64,000 nt of DNA from Chamaesiphon sp. (lineage in GTDB: Bacteria; Cyanobacteriota; Cyanobacteriia; Cyanobacteriales; Chamaesiphonaceae): contig CBDFFH010000002.1 in assembly GCA_965246715.1 (NCBI GenBank), forward strand, positions 64,001 through 128,000, read 5' to 3'. This document shows, piece after piece, positions 63,693 to 64,000 of the stretch (within the stretch, counting starts at the first letter, position 1; the number at the start of each line of letters is the position of its first letter). The notes under the pieces were generated by a model, which worked only from the letters and a program-made list of their open reading frames with translations, did not search any database and was not told the DNA's origin. The translations under genes were made by a program, and so were the position numbers.

Positions 63693-63721
63693 CTAAATAT
63701 CTGTCTGCCGTCACCTAGCCA

Positions 63722-64000
63722 CTAGCCACCAATTAGCTCCGCCACGCGCATTGCCGATGAGATCGCGCCTTCATGCAATCCATCGCAGAGATAAGCACCT
63801 GCATGGTAAGTATGATGTTCGCCGTTGGTTGCCACGACTTCATCGCGATAGTGGAACGACTCGACCGTATATCCTGGTGTATGATGCTGCTGTGTGTGGA
63901 CGATGTGACGGGAATCGATCGTCTCTTCTAAATGAAAGGCTAAACTATACCGCAACGGGGAATTAATTCCACAGAGCTGGTTGAGATAAGCATTGTAACC
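63722..64000 (-). CDS. C-terminal part of an FAD-dependent oxidoreductase (amine oxidase-like); runs off the window edge
   Basis: YHAGAYLCDGLHEGAISSAMRVA resembles the conserved C-terminal GAY.G.G.HE.A motif. Confidence 0.7.
   Translation of the reverse strand, partial: GYNAYLNQLCGINSPLRYSLAFHLEETIDSRHIVHTQQHHTPGYTVESFHYRDEVVATNGEHHTYHAGAYLCDGLHEGAISSAMRVAELIGG

Overview
This is 64 kb of cyanobacterial chromosome. CGATCG/GCGATCGC (HIP1-type) and TCGATCGA palindromes are very dense, there is a PEP-CTERM protein, and there are heptamer STRR-like repeats. The composition looks Chamaesiphon-like, which is an inference. Most genes are scattered housekeeping genes: glcD, trmD, glgP, glgC, two cobA paralogues, hemD, infB, tldD, mutL, cysA, cysQ-like, ndbB-like and peroxiredoxin. 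Others encode TPR proteins, regulators and hypothetical proteins. I found no rRNA, tRNA, CRISPR array or prophage. Points of interest: (1) an intact ISL3 with TIRs and an 8-bp TSD that cuts the catalytic His off an alpha/beta hydrolase; (2) a hierarchy of nested non-autonomous repeats, with TIR elements carrying TA-N-TA target duplications, hairpin cores, and a 47-bp module that shows compensatory base changes and has filled and empty sites in this window; (3) a compact pseudoknot-forming candidate cis-regulatory RNA upstream of a KimA-like APC transporter; (4) apparent single-base frameshifts in infB and in the cobA/hemD fusion; (5) an unannotated 37-aa membrane peptide upstream of mutL; (6) a beta-carbonic anhydrase-like protein lacking all zinc ligands; (7) a small overlapping TA-like gene pair; and (8) a stand-alone DRB0094-type RNA ligase.
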